Origin: Candidatus Binatia bacterium
GTDB lineage: Bacteria; Desulfobacterota; Binatia; UBA9968; CAXXLF01
DNA length: 64,000 nt
Assembly: GCA_963664015.2 (NCBI GenBank)
Contig: CAXXLF010000002.1
Coordinates: forward strand, 1,440,001-1,504,000
Direction: 5' to 3'
Every line of letters starts with the position of its first letter. The first letter of the stretch is position 1. Shown here piece after piece: positions 1-10,388 of this stretch. Made by a program: the position numbers and the translations under genes. Below the pieces are notes generated by a model. That model searched no databases and was not told the origin of the DNA. It saw nothing but the letters and a program-made list of their open reading frames with translations.

Positions 1-729
1 GGCATTATTTTGACGGACCTCCTCCTTTCAGAAGGTCGCTCCAGTGTGGACCCCGCCGAACTGAACTTCGATGTCCCCATTGACCGCGGTGAAGTGATCG
101 GATTGAACGGTGATGTTCCCCCGGCTAACGGCGAATACAAACGTTTCGCGCTTACCAAAAGCGGCGTATCTCCCCGTGCTCTGCCAGGCGCCCCCGGCTA
201 CGTTCACGTGGTGGCCACCGACGAACACGACGAAGACGGCACCTTGCTCAGTGACGAATTCACCAACGCCCGTAGGCGACAGCTTAGCCATGAAAAACGG
301 ATGCGTAAAATGAAAGGGATCTTACCGTTGATCAAATCTCCCAGGCTCTTCGGCCCGACCAAGGCAAAGGTGACGCTTCTCGGTTGGGGTTCCACCGAAG
401 GGGTTATTCGCGAGGCGTTGGAAAAACTCGCTGAAGAGGAACAGATCATTGCCAACAACCTACAAATCAAATGGCTGGTCCCGCTCCACACCAAGGCGAT
501 CTTGGCCATCCTTTCCAAGAGCAAGAAAGTGATCATTGTAGAGAACAACTACAGCGGCCAATTTGGCCGATATCTCCGGTCCGAGTCCGGATTCGACGCC
601 GACGGCCATATTCGGAAATACGATGGTGAGCCGTTTATGCCCCATCACATTGTTCAGGGTGTCAAAAAGATTCTGTCTACTAAAAATCAAGTCAAGCAGT
701 ACGTACCGGTACACGAAATTACGGTTTGA
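1..729 (+). CDS. korA: 2-oxoacid:ferredoxin oxidoreductase alpha subunit (C-terminal part, truncated by window start)
   Basis: Open frame from base 1; GVSPRALPG, DEHDEDG, GWGST and VENNYSGQ motifs of OFOR alpha; directly followed by the beta subunit. Confidence 0.9.
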   Translation, partial: GIILTDLLLSEGRSSVDPAELNFDVPIDRGEVIGLNGDVPPANGEYKRFALTKSGVSPRALPGAPGYVHVVATDEHDEDGTLLSDEFTNARRRQLSHEKRMRKMKGILPLIKSPRLFGPTKAKVTLLGWGSTEGVIREALEKLAEEEQIIANNLQIKWLVPLHTKAILAILSKSKKVIIVENNYSGQFGRYLRSESGFDADGHIRKYDGEPFMPHHIVQGVKKILSTKNQVKQYVPVHEITV

Positions 730-739
730 GGAGACAAAC

Positions 740-1681
740 ATGAGCACGCCAATGGAAGAGATCACAACTCGAGGCCAAGGCCCAAAGGGTATCGGGCAAA
801 ACCCGCTACCGAAACTGACGGTCAAGGATTTCAAGAGCAAAGTAGACCCCGATTGGTGCCCAGGATGTGGGGATTTCGGTTTGCTCATCGCCCTCAAGCA
901 GGCCCTTGTGGAACTGGAGCTGCAGCCCCATCAGGTTATGACGGTCAGTGGAATCGGCTGCTCGTCCAACCTACCCGGTTACATCAATGCCAATGGGATG
1001 CACACCCTTCATGGCCGCGCCCTGGCCGTGGCCACGGGCGCACAGATGGCCAACCACTCGCTCAAGATCATCGCCGCCGGTGGAGACGGCGACGGGTTCG
1101 GGATCGGAGGGAACCACTTCGTCCACACCATGCGGCGGAATGTCGACCTGACCTACATTGTCATGGATAACCAGATATACGGCCTGACCACAGGACAGAT
1201 CTCCCCAACCAGCATCAAAGGGATGACCACGAAAAGTACGCCCTTCGGAAGCGTGGAAAACCCCATCAACCCGATCCCCCTTGCCATCGCTGCAGGGGCC
1301 ACCTACGTTGCACGGGGTTACACGGGTCAGGTAAAGCACCTGACTGCACTGATCAAGGGGGCTATCCAGCACAGGGGGTTTGCCCTGATCGATGCCTTCA
1401 GTCCCTGCGTCACCTACAATCTGGACAACACCCACGACTTCTTCAAGCAGCGCACCACGAAGCTCGAGGATATGGGCCACGACCCAACGAATTTCCAAGC
1501 TGCCATGGAGAAGGCCTATATGTGGGGCGAAACTATTCCTATCGGTCTGTTCTGGAAGCGGGAAGACCTCCCCTCGCTGGACCAGTCGGAACCGGTGCTG
1601 GAAGAAGGCGGCCCTATGGCCCATCGCCCATTGGGGGTCTCCTCCGAGACCGCCCAGGCCCTGATCCGAGAATTGATGTAA
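740..1681 (+). CDS. korB: 2-oxoacid:ferredoxin oxidoreductase beta subunit
   Basis: WCPGCG, SGIGCS, LHGRA and TPP-binding GGDGD...DNQIYGLTTGQ motifs; GAGGAG RBS before ATG 740. Confidence 0.93.
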   Translation: MSTPMEEITTRGQGPKGIGQNPLPKLTVKDFKSKVDPDWCPGCGDFGLLIALKQALVELELQPHQVMTVSGIGCSSNLPGYINANGMHTLHGRALAVATGAQMANHSLKIIAAGGDGDGFGIGGNHFVHTMRRNVDLTYIVMDNQIYGLTTGQISPTSIKGMTTKSTPFGSVENPINPIPLAIAAGATYVARGYTGQVKHLTALIKGAIQHRGFALIDAFSPCVTYNLDNTHDFFKQRTTKLEDMGHDPTNFQAAMEKAYMWGETIPIGLFWKREDLPSLDQSEPVLEEGGPMAHRPLGVSSETAQALIRELM

Positions 1682-1742
1682 CCGGTCATCCAGTCAATCA
1701 GCTATCATAGGCCTTCCCCAAGGTCGGCCTGAGACTCCCCCT

Positions 1743-2372
1743 GTGAACACCCTACTCGTACGAGATCTGGGCCAGATGGAATACCTGGCGGCCCTTTCTC
1801 GCCAACAGGAACTCGTCCAACAGAAGCAACAAAGCAAGGAGCCGGATATGTTACTTCTCGTAGAACATCCCCACGTCTTCACCCTCGGGCTGGGCGGCGC
1901 GGAAAAAAACCTATTGGCACCCGGCACCGTCCCATGTCACCGAATCGGCAGGGGAGGAGACATCACCTATCATGGCCCGGGCCAGATGGTGGCCTATCCT
2001 CTCATCGACCTCAAATCCAGACTCCGACGGGACGTTCATCGCTATCTCAAAAACCTCGAGGAGACATTGATTCAAACCCTTGAGGCCTTCGGGATCTCAG
2101 CCGAGCGGCGCCCCCGCTGCACCGGCGTGTGGATCGGGACCAGGAAGATCGCCGCCATCGGCATTGCCGTGCGCAGGGGAATTACCTGCCATGGAGCGGC
2201 CCTCAACATCAATGCGGATCTCACCTACTTCGACCGAATCGTTCCTTGTGGCCTTCCCTGGGCTCAGGTGACCTCCCTCGAACGTGAACTGGGATACGAA
2301 GTTGACCTGGACCGGGTGAAAGAGGTATTCGTCGATTGCTTCACGAAACGATTCGGCTACTCGCAGATTTAA
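1743..2372 (+). CDS. lipB: lipoyl(octanoyl) transferase
   Basis: EHPHVFTLG, RGGDITYHGPGQ, KIAAIG, HGAALN and IVPCG motifs. Confidence 0.93.
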   Translation: MNTLLVRDLGQMEYLAALSRQQELVQQKQQSKEPDMLLLVEHPHVFTLGLGGAEKNLLAPGTVPCHRIGRGGDITYHGPGQMVAYPLIDLKSRLRRDVHRYLKNLEETLIQTLEAFGISAERRPRCTGVWIGTRKIAAIGIAVRRGITCHGAALNINADLTYFDRIVPCGLPWAQVTSLERELGYEVDLDRVKEVFVDCFTKRFGYSQI

Positions 2373-2377
2373 CATCT

Positions 2378-3226
2378 ATGCCACGAAGACACCCCGACTG
2401 GATCAAAGTCAAAGCCCCTGGAGGTCCCAACTACCTTCGACTCAAGGGGATCCTGAGGCAGCACAACCTCCATACGGTTTGCGAAGAAGCCCGCTGCCCT
2501 AATGCGGGCGAGTGCTGGGAACACAATACCGCCACTTTTTTAATTTCGGGGGATACCTGCACCCGTGGCTGCCGATTCTGCGCCATTAGCAAGGGCCGGC
2601 CAAACTCTTTGGATCCCGATGAGCCTCGTAATGTAGGGCGAGCCGTTAAAAAACTGGGCCTCGATCACATTGTCGTTACCTCGGTAAACCGAGATGACCT
2701 ACCGGACGGCGGATCAGGCCATTTTGCCGCAACGGTTTTCTGGATCAAGCGTTTGAATCCCGACATTCGAGTGGAAGTCCTGATTCCCGATTTCAAAGGT
2801 GACTCTGTTGCCCTGGAAACCGTGGTCCGCTCGGGAGTCCACGTCCTGAATCACAATCTGGAGACGGTCCCCCGGCTCTACAGGAAAGTCAGGCCCGGGG
2901 CTCTTTACGAACGCTCGCTAGATATTATTAAGAACGCCAAGAAAATCCGTGGCGAGGTCCTCACAAAGTCAGGATTGATGCTGGGTGTCGGTGAGACCGC
3001 CGAAGAGGTGATGAAAACCCTGCACGACTTGAGGCAGGCCGAGTGCGACATCGTTACCCTAGGGCAATACCTACAGCCATCCAAGGATCAGCTACCCGTG
3101 GAAAGGTATCTCGCCCCCCATGAGTTTCAAAGTCTCAAGAGTGGGGCTGAAAATCTAGGATTTCGTCACGTGGAATCAGGACCGCTAGTGCGCAGTTCTT
3201 ATCACGCTTGGAGCCACGTCCACTAG
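2378..3226 (+). CDS. lipA: lipoyl synthase (radical SAM)
   Basis: CEEARCPNAGEC (CX4CX5C), CTRGCRFC and C-terminal RSSY motifs. Confidence 0.95.
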   Translation: MPRRHPDWIKVKAPGGPNYLRLKGILRQHNLHTVCEEARCPNAGECWEHNTATFLISGDTCTRGCRFCAISKGRPNSLDPDEPRNVGRAVKKLGLDHIVVTSVNRDDLPDGGSGHFAATVFWIKRLNPDIRVEVLIPDFKGDSVALETVVRSGVHVLNHNLETVPRLYRKVRPGALYERSLDIIKNAKKIRGEVLTKSGLMLGVGETAEEVMKTLHDLRQAECDIVTLGQYLQPSKDQLPVERYLAPHEFQSLKSGAENLGFRHVESGPLVRSSYHAWSHVH

Positions 3227-3299
3227 CAGGGAAACGGGACTCCAGGCCATGATTTTATTTTAACAGACAAAACGCCAAAGGCGGGGTGGTCGGAAATCT

Positions 3300-3572
3300 T
3301 TATCCCTTTTTCTTTTCATACCACTCGGCGTTGACCTGGAGAAAGTTTTTCCACTTCTCGGGAGTGGCCGCCTCCTCAAAGATCGCCTCCACAGGACAGA
3401 CCGGCTCACAGGCACCGCAATCAATGCATTCTTCCGGATCGATATAAAGCTGCTTTTCCTTATCGTACTCCTCCGGCTCATCCTTGGTTGGATGAATACA
3501 GTCGACCGGACAGACATCCACGCAAGCTGTATCCTTCACATCGATGCAAGGCTCCACAATGATATACGTCAT
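3300..3572 (-). CDS. dicluster ferredoxin (FdxA-like)
   Basis: CIDVKDTACVDVCPVDC and CIDCGACEPVCP cysteine motifs; GGAGG RBS. Confidence 0.92.
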   Translation of the reverse strand: MTYIIVEPCIDVKDTACVDVCPVDCIHPTKDEPEEYDKEKQLYIDPEECIDCGACEPVCPVEAIFEEAATPEKWKNFLQVNAEWYEKKKG

Positions 3573-3623
3573 CTACTTTTCCTCCTAATTTAAATCTAAA
3601 CCAAAAATGACAATGATGGTTCC

Positions 3624-3965
3624 TTATCCCTGATTCCGAGCAACGATACCCCGTTTCCCCATTTCCCGATCCATATTCAAACTCCAACTGACCTTCTTGA
3701 ACTGAGCCCGGCTCATGAGCCGTCCAGCTCCATGGCAAGGTCTGGCGAAAACGGCCTTCATCGCTGCTCGGGTCCCCACCAGGAAATAAGAATAGCGACC
3801 CATGTCTCCGGGTACAAGTGCTGGCTGACTAATCTGCCGGTTAACCTTTGGAACCAACCGGTGACCAGGGGGGGAGGCTCCCGTCGCGCCTTTACTGTGG
3901 ACGCAAAGGCAACGGAGCTCCTCGTTCACCTCATGCTTCTCTAATTTGGCTATATTATGACTAAG
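3624..3965 (-). pseudogene. rtcB: internal fragment of RtcB-family RNA ligase
   Basis: SHNIAK...VHSKGAT...PALVPGDMGRYSY...CHGAGRLMSR match the RtcB HN, HRKGA, PGxMG and HGAGR motifs; N- and C-terminal parts absent. Confidence 0.8.
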
Positions 3966-4311
3966 GGACCAATCTGATGCAACCCCATCTGATCTGCCAT
4001 TGCTCGGTCTTCGTTTGTCATTTAAAGATACCTCGGGTGCAGCAGCCAGGGCCCTCTCCTTCGAATTCCACGCCCGGATCCCTGTGTGTCCAATTTTCCG
4101 ACTCATCATACATGTCCTGGTGGCGTCTTTGCTATGGCTAAAAATCTTTTCAGCTCAATGTCCGCTAACATTAGCTTTTCGAGGACTTGAAGAAGGAAAA
4201 CGAACTAATTTTTTTCAAATGCTTACAACAACCTCAAGGTAGAATCAATGGGAGAGGATCGTTAATGGTTATAACCTGGATTGGCCCGTGCCCGATTGTT
4301 GACGGTACTGA

Positions 4312-4683
4312 CTACCGGATCGGAATCGGCCTTCCATCACTGTCGACGGCCACATAGACAACTTCCGCTTCGGTCACCTTGGCATGCTCTTCCGGCCGGT
4401 CCCACCGCTCCGCCTCTACTTCAACACGTACCGTAATGGAGGTATGACCCACTTTGACCGGCTCCGCATAGAAGCTGACCACATCTCCGACGTAGACCGG
4501 GGCAATGAACACGACTTCATGGATGGCCTTGGTCACAAACCGTCGGGGGAAGCTGTGGTGGGCTGCGATGACACCAGCCAAGTCTATGTGACTCAAAATG
4601 ACCCCTCCAAAAATGGTGCCTGCAGCGTTGGTGTCCCGGGGAAGTAGCGTCACCCTGAGGGTGGGATTACGGACGGATGCCAT
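4312..4683 (-). CDS. hotdog-fold acyl-CoA thioesterase (YciA-like)
   Basis: DTNAAGTIFGG..LS.ID motif; VGHTSITV; YVAVD..GRP. Confidence 0.88.
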   Translation of the reverse strand: MASVRNPTLRVTLLPRDTNAAGTIFGGVILSHIDLAGVIAAHHSFPRRFVTKAIHEVVFIAPVYVGDVVSFYAEPVKVGHTSITVRVEVEAERWDRPEEHAKVTEAEVVYVAVDSDGRPIPIR

Positions 4684-4752
4684 GGATCGATTTTCTTCAA
4701 ATTGCCGCTGCCTCCTGCTACAGAGCGGGGAAGGCTTTTGGGTTCCCAGGCG

Positions 4753-5670
4753 TCAGAGCTCGGTCAACCAACCAGAGTACTTTTTCTCCTTGCCCTGAGT
4801 TACGTTGAAAAAGAGTCTTTGCAGCTCCTGGGTCATGGGGCCCGCTCCCCCTCCGCCAATCTTCCGGTCGTCCACCTCACGCACCGGGGTAACCTCCGCC
4901 GCGGTTCCTGTGAGAAAGACCTCGTCGGCCACGTAAAGTTCATCGCGGGTGAAGCGGTCTTCGGTCACCTGACTTCCCTGGTCTCGAGCGATGGTAATCA
5001 CCGAGTCCCTCGTGATCCCCGGCAAGATCGAAGTATGAGGTGTCGTTTTAATCTTTCCTTGCCGAACAATAAAGATATTTTCACCGCTGCCTTCGGACAC
5101 ATAGCCCTCGGTATCCAGCATGACCGCTTCGTCGTATCCGGCCAGTTTGACCTCATTCTTAGCCATGACCGAATTGACGTAATTCCCCGAGATCTTGCTT
5201 TTCGTCATAGAGACGTTGACGTGGTGGCGCGTGTAGGACGAGACCTTCACTCGGATACCGTTCTTGATCCCCTCTTCACCCAGATAGGCGCCCCACGGCC
5301 ACACCGCGATAATGACGTGGATCGGGTTTTCCGGTGCATGGAGCCCCATCTCTCCCAACCCGACAAAGGCCAGGGGGCGAATATAGCATTCCTTGAGCTT
5401 GTTGGCCTTGATGACTTGTAAAATTGCCTGTTCGATTTCTTCCTTGCTATAGGGGAACGGAAATCCCAGAATTTGACCAGAATCGAAAAACCTCCGGACG
5501 TGGTCGGTTAAGCGGAAGACCGCCGAGCGGCCGCTTTGCAGAAGATAACAACGAATGCCTTCGAAGTACGAGGTTCCGTAATGAAGGGAATGGACGAGCA
5601 CATGGACTGTGGCTTTATCCCAATCGACCAGGTCCCCATCCATCCATATTTTTTTTCCTTTTGATGACAC
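4753..5670 (-). CDS. ilvE: branched-chain amino acid aminotransferase
   Basis: [34 protein letters not shown] and GTAAEVTP motifs. Confidence 0.95.
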   Translation of the reverse strand: MSSKGKKIWMDGDLVDWDKATVHVLVHSLHYGTSYFEGIRCYLLQSGRSAVFRLTDHVRRFFDSGQILGFPFPYSKEEIEQAILQVIKANKLKECYIRPLAFVGLGEMGLHAPENPIHVIIAVWPWGAYLGEEGIKNGIRVKVSSYTRHHVNVSMTKSKISGNYVNSVMAKNEVKLAGYDEAVMLDTEGYVSEGSGENIFIVRQGKIKTTPHTSILPGITRDSVITIARDQGSQVTEDRFTRDELYVADEVFLTGTAAEVTPVREVDDRKIGGGGAGPMTQELQRLFFNVTQGKEKKYSGWLTEL

Positions 5671-5824
5671 GTGTCCCTCTCCACTGAAAGATCTGACACT
5701 GCCTCACCTGAGGCTAATGAGGATATTCTACTTCCCCCGACTCCCTCCATCAAGGGCTCCAGATGGAGAGGCCTAAAAATTCAACCCTATAGCCCCACTT
5801 TGGGGAGCTCCTTCTGGACTCGAG

Positions 5825-5863
5825 ATAAAGAAAGGCCACCATGAAGATCACCCCATGGTGGCC
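5825..5863 (-). terminator. intrinsic terminator downstream of HU gene
   Basis: GGCCACCATG (5834-43) / CATGGTGGCC (5854-63) perfect 10-bp stem, followed on the minus strand by TTTCTTT. Confidence 0.75.
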
Positions 5864-5884
5864 GGAGCAAACTAGGGTCGAGTG

Positions 5885-6154
5885 TTACAAACCCTTCTTC
5901 AAGGCCGGTGCCGGTTTGAATCCGACGGTGCGACTAGCCTTTATATTGATAACTGCGCCGGTTTGAGGGTTTCGTCCCTTTCTCGCTTTTCGCGCACGGA
6001 CTGAGAACGTACCAAATCCTGGGACCTGGAATCTCTTATCTTTCCTAATGGCACGGGCGATACTTTGGAAGGTTGCATCCACGGCAGTTCCACCGGCTCG
6101 CTTGCTGAGCTTGGCTGCCTTGGCCACTGCCTCAATCATTTCAGCCTTAGTCAT
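5885..6154 (-). CDS. hup: HU family DNA-binding protein
   Basis: MTKAEMI, GFGTF, R.GRNPQTG and FKP motifs. Confidence 0.95.
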   Translation of the reverse strand: MTKAEMIEAVAKAAKLSKRAGGTAVDATFQSIARAIRKDKRFQVPGFGTFSVRARKARKGRNPQTGAVINIKASRTVGFKPAPALKKGL

Positions 6155-6476
6155 CTAACCTTACCTCCTTCTGCGGGTTTCTTGTAAAGTTTTTTAATTT
6201 TGCAAAGTCCCAATACGGGAATCACCACCACAACCGAGATGAATTTCCTATTATCTCCCATCGAAAATGTCAATAAAAAAATCTAATTTGTCCGTTCCAG
6301 GGTATGGGAGCCCTCAAGCAAACACTCTCACCCAATTCGCTAGCTATCGGCCATCAGCTCCAAAAATAGATTCTTTCATATCGGCTAACGAGACGGTCTT
6401 TACTGGGCACGGTGCACCCTTGAGCCCCACAGACAGAGTTGTTACATTAGGCACAAGGTTGCTACGGTTTTTAATT

Positions 6477-6848
6477 ATGGATTCCAGATTGCAAGAAGGC
6501 ATTGGCCTGTTCAATACCGGTCGTTACTTTGAATGTCATGAGTCATTGGAGAAGCTTTATCAACAGTCGGAAGAGGAGCACAAACCCTTTCTTGAAGGAC
6601 TGGTACAGCTCGCTGCAGCCTGCAGACTCCATGCGGACTTTGGCGAGGTTCAAGGACCCGTCCGCATGATTCGCCAGGCGATTATCCGCCTGGAGAACTA
6701 CCAGCCACACTACCTAGGGATCCAAGTCCAAACGCTGATTGGTGCCCTGGAGAAATGGGCCGATGGGATCGAGTCCGACGGGGCTGGTGCCTCCCCGTCC
6801 CAATGGAAACCACCCCAAATCCGCTCGCGCTGGGCCTTCAACCTATGA
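6477..6848 (+). CDS. DUF309 domain protein
   Basis: LFNTGRYFECHESLE and GLVQLAAA motifs; stop overlaps mfd start. Confidence 0.85.
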   Translation: MDSRLQEGIGLFNTGRYFECHESLEKLYQQSEEEHKPFLEGLVQLAAACRLHADFGEVQGPVRMIRQAIIRLENYQPHYLGIQVQTLIGALEKWADGIESDGAGASPSQWKPPQIRSRWAFNL

Positions 6849-9800
6849 GCCCACTATGGGACAAAGTCGAGGAACTTTTTCAGGGAGACTGGAAGGGAGC
6901 TAAAAGACTTCAAGGTCTTTCCGGCGGAACCAAGGCTTACCTGATATCCCTTTTTGCCGCCTGCTCCCGACACCCCATCCTGGCATTGACCGCGACGCCG
7001 AAGCAAGCCGAAGTTCTCTTTCACGACCTTGGCTTTTTTCTCGGTTCAACCGTCGCGGGCTCTCCCGTAGACAAACGGCTCCACCTGTTCCCCTCGTGGG
7101 ACGTTCTCCCCTTGGACAGCCTTTCCCCCCACCCGGAGCTTGGCGCCGCTAGAATCGAGGGGCTGTACCACCTCATGGAGGGACAGGCACCGGTGCTGGT
7201 GTCCACACCGACCGCCTTGATGCAGAAGGTCATACCCAAAGATGCTTTGAAAAAGTCTTTCCTGTACCATGGCCTTGGAGAGGAATTGGACCGCGAAGCA
7301 TTGCTGGCCCATCTCATTGGCTGGGGATTTCAGAACGTTCCGTTGGTGGAAGAGCGAGGTGACTTCAGCGTGAGGGGCGCCATCCTGGATGTTTATCCCC
7401 CTGCCTATTCAAGACCCCTGCGAGTAGAATTTATTGGCGACCGATTGGAATCCATCCGGGAATTCGACCCGTCCAACCAGCGTTCCCGATCCCATCTTGA
7501 GGAACTTCTTATCCTACCCATGAAGGAGTTCTACTTCGACACCGAGCAGAATAAGTCAGCCCTCGGCAAGATCGAGGCTAGGGCTGAAGATCTAGACCTG
7601 AATCGCAAGGAAAAAAACTCTCTATTGGAAGCATTGAGAAGCGGACTACCGTTTTCCGGAATGGAATTTCTCTCACCCTTGTTTTATTCCAATCTGGACC
7701 CACTCTTTGCGTATCTGCCCGCGGATACGCTTTTCTGGTTTGACGAGTCCGACCCCATTGAAGAAGAAGTCAAGCGCTGGGATCATCTCATTGAGGAGAG
7801 GGCAACCAAGGCTGGCAAAGAAGGGCGCCTGATTCCACGACCGCCAGACCTCTATCTAAGCAGGGAGGAATGGCAGGCCGGCCTCGAGTCCTTCGCATCC
7901 ATTCAGAGTGATCCACTGACACTCTTCTCAAGCACCCAGGGAGACTCGAATTCGGTGCTCACTGTAAAATCCCAATCCAACACAGACCTGCATCGGGAAA
8001 TTTCCGCACACCAGACCCAAGAACCTTCTCTGGTGCCGTTCTTAAATCACCTGAAGGACTGGGACGGACAACGGGTCGTATTGGTTGCCCCCAACGAAGG
8101 AGAGGGCACTCGAATTCAAGGGCTCCTGGGCCATTACGAGGTCCAGCTTCCCCTAATGGAAATCCCCTTCCCTCAGCTTGTCTCTCAGGATGGACCGCCC
8201 CTGGCCCTACTTCTCGGGAATCTGTCCCAGGGATTTCGCTTGCCCGAAGATCGACTTGTCGTCGTTACCGTCGATGAGATCCTCGGGACCAAGCGGAGGT
8301 CCCAACCCGTCAAAAGTAAACTCCACGCCAGTCACTTCATCAGCAGCTTAAGCGAACTCAAGCAGGACGATTTCGTAGTTCACCTCGACCATGGAGTCGG
8401 TGTCTATCGTGGGCTCAAGTTTCTCAGGGTCGGGGGAACGGAAGGCGAATTCTTCCATCTGGAGTATCATGGGGGAGACCGACTTTACCTCCCCATCCAT
8501 CGGATCAATCTTGTCCAAAAATACATGGGAGGCGATAGCGCACAACCTACGCTGGATCGACTTGGCGGAGCCTCCTGGGAGAAGATCAAGGCAAAGACAC
8601 GCAAGTCTATCCTCGCCATGGCCAAGGAGCTTTTAGAGATCTACGCGGTCCGCGAGGTTCATGAAGGGCCAACGTTTTCCAGCCCGGACCAACTCTACCG
8701 AGAGTTTGAGGCGTCCTTTGAATTCGAGGAAACACCGGATCAACAGCGAGCCATCGATGAGACTCTAAGCGACATGCAGGGGACCAAACCCATGGATCGC
8801 TTGATCTGCGGCGACGTCGGTTACGGAAAGACCGAGGTGGCACTGAGAGGCGCCTTTATCGCTGCGATGGACGGGAAACAGGTAGCGGTCCTGGCCCCGA
8901 CGACGATCCTGGCAGAACAGCACCTACAAAACTTCCGCCAACGGTTCACCGGTTATCCGGTGAGAATTGAGATACTAAGCCGCTTCTCGAGCACCAAGGA
9001 TGTCCAGCTGGTCCTCAAGGACCTCGCCAAGGGGGCCGTTGATATCGTTATCGGGACCCATCGCCTGCTGCAAAAAGACGTCCAGTTCAAGGACCTGGGA
9101 CTAGTGGTGATCGACGAAGAGCACCGTTTTGGAGTGAGCCACAAGGAACGACTCAAAAAGATGCGCCAACTGGTTGACGTCATCAGCCTCACCGCCACTC
9201 CCATCCCACGCACCCTCCATATGTCGCTCCTGGGAATTCGCGACTTGAGCATTATCGAGAGTCCCCCGACCGGTCGCCAAGCGATCCTAACCTACATCAC
9301 GAGGTTCGAAGACGGAGTGATTCGGGAGGCCGTTTTACGGGAAATTAACCGTGGGGGGCAGGTCTTTTTTCTTCATAACCGCGTGGAAACAATCTACCGA
9401 ATCGCACAAAAACTCTCCAATATCCTCCCCGAGGTCGAAATCGGAATCGCCCACGGTCAAATGTCCCCTCGCGAACTGAAGAAAACCATGGCCGCGTTCC
9501 TTGAAAATCGTACTCAGCTTCTTGTCTGCTCGGCCATTATCGAATCGGGAATCGACTTTCCCAACGCCAACACCATCTTCATCAACCGGGCCGACCGGTT
9601 CGGGCTGGCCCAGCTCTATCAGCTGCGCGGTCGCGTCGGCCGATCCTACCGTAGGGCCTACGCATACCTGCTGATACCGGGGGAACGGACCATCACCCGT
9701 GACGCACAAAAGAGGCTGCACGCATTGCAGGAGATCGATGAGTTAGGGGGCGGCTTTAGGTTAGCCCTCCAAGATCTGGAGATTCGCGGAGCCGGGAACC

Positions 9801-10345
9801 TGCTGGGCGGGCAACAGTCCGGTCACATCGCCGCAGTGGGCCTGGAGTTATATACCCAGATGATGGAAGAGGCGGTGCAGCAGCTGAAGGGTGAAACTCT
9901 GGCACCGAGGATGGAACCGGAGATACGCTTGACCATCCCTGCCTATTTCCCAGACAGCTATATCCCCAACACCAACCAGAGGCTGCTATTTTACAAGCGC
10001 TTGGCCGGCCTGGGGAGCAGCGATGAATTTCAGGCGATCCAGGAGGAGTTGGCAGACCGCTATGGCCCGTGCCCGCCGGTGGTTCAAAACCTCTTTAAGG
10101 TAATGGACCTGCGTCGGGTTTTGAAGGAGAGCCTCATCGAGCAGATCAGTTTCCACCATGGCAAGGTTTCCTTGCTCTTTCACGCCCAGTCGCCCATTTC
10201 AGTGGAACGTCTCCTGGAGTTGATCGAGCAGGATGGAGAGCGCTACCGTCTGTCCCCGGATCGACACCTATCCTTTGTCCCTTCAGGGAAAGGCTGGGGC
10301 AACATCCTCCAAGAGGTCATGACCTTGTTGCAAGTGCTACGCTAG
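6845..10345 (+). CDS. mfd: transcription-repair coupling factor
   Basis: CarD-like VVHLDHGVG, GDVGYGKT, DEEHRFGV, TATPIPRT and QLRGRVGRS motifs; TRCF C-terminal domain. Confidence 0.96.
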   Translation: MSPLWDKVEELFQGDWKGAKRLQGLSGGTKAYLISLFAACSRHPILALTATPKQAEVLFHDLGFFLGSTVAGSPVDKRLHLFPSWDVLPLDSLSPHPELGAARIEGLYHLMEGQAPVLVSTPTALMQKVIPKDALKKSFLYHGLGEELDREALLAHLIGWGFQNVPLVEERGDFSVRGAILDVYPPAYSRPLRVEFIGDRLESIREFDPSNQRSRSHLEELLILPMKEFYFDTEQNKSALGKIEARAEDLDLNRKEKNSLLEALRSGLPFSGMEFLSPLFYSNLDPLFAYLPADTLFWFDESDPIEEEVKRWDHLIEERATKAGKEGRLIPRPPDLYLSREEWQAGLESFASIQSDPLTLFSSTQGDSNSVLTVKSQSNTDLHREISAHQTQEPSLVPFLNHLKDWDGQRVVLVAPNEGEGTRIQGLLGHYEVQLPLMEIPFPQLVSQDGPPLALLLGNLSQGFRLPEDRLVVVTVDEILGTKRRSQPVKSKLHASHFISSLSELKQDDFVVHLDHGVGVYRGLKFLRVGGTEGEFFHLEYHGGDRLYLPIHRINLVQKYMGGDSAQPTLDRLGGASWEKIKAKTRKSILAMAKELLEIYAVREVHEGPTFSSPDQLYREFEASFEFEETPDQQRAIDETLSDMQGTKPMDRLICGDVGYGKTEVALRGAFIAAMDGKQVAVLAPTTILAEQHLQNFRQRFTGYPVRIEILSRFSSTKDVQLVLKDLAKGAVDIVIGTHRLLQKDVQFKDLGLVVIDEEHRFGVSHKERLKKMRQLVDVISLTATPIPRTLHMSLLGIRDLSIIESPPTGRQAILTYITRFEDGVIREAVLREINRGGQVFFLHNRVETIYRIAQKLSNILPEVEIGIAHGQMSPRELKKTMAAFLENRTQLLVCSAIIESGIDFPNANTIFINRADRFGLAQLYQLRGRVGRSYRRAYAYLLIPGERTITRDAQKRLHALQEIDELGGGFRLALQDLEIRGAGNLLGGQQSGHIAAVGLELYTQMMEEAVQQLKGETLAPRMEPEIRLTIPAYFPDSYIPNTNQRLLFYKRLAGLGSSDEFQAIQEELADRYGPCPPVVQNLFKVMDLRRVLKESLIEQISFHHGKVSLLFHAQSPISVERLLELIEQDGERYRLSPDRHLSFVPSGKGWGNILQEVMTLLQVLR

Positions 10346-10388
10346 GTATGTTAGCAATTTGGGTGAGTTCAGAGAGGATTTGTTGTTA

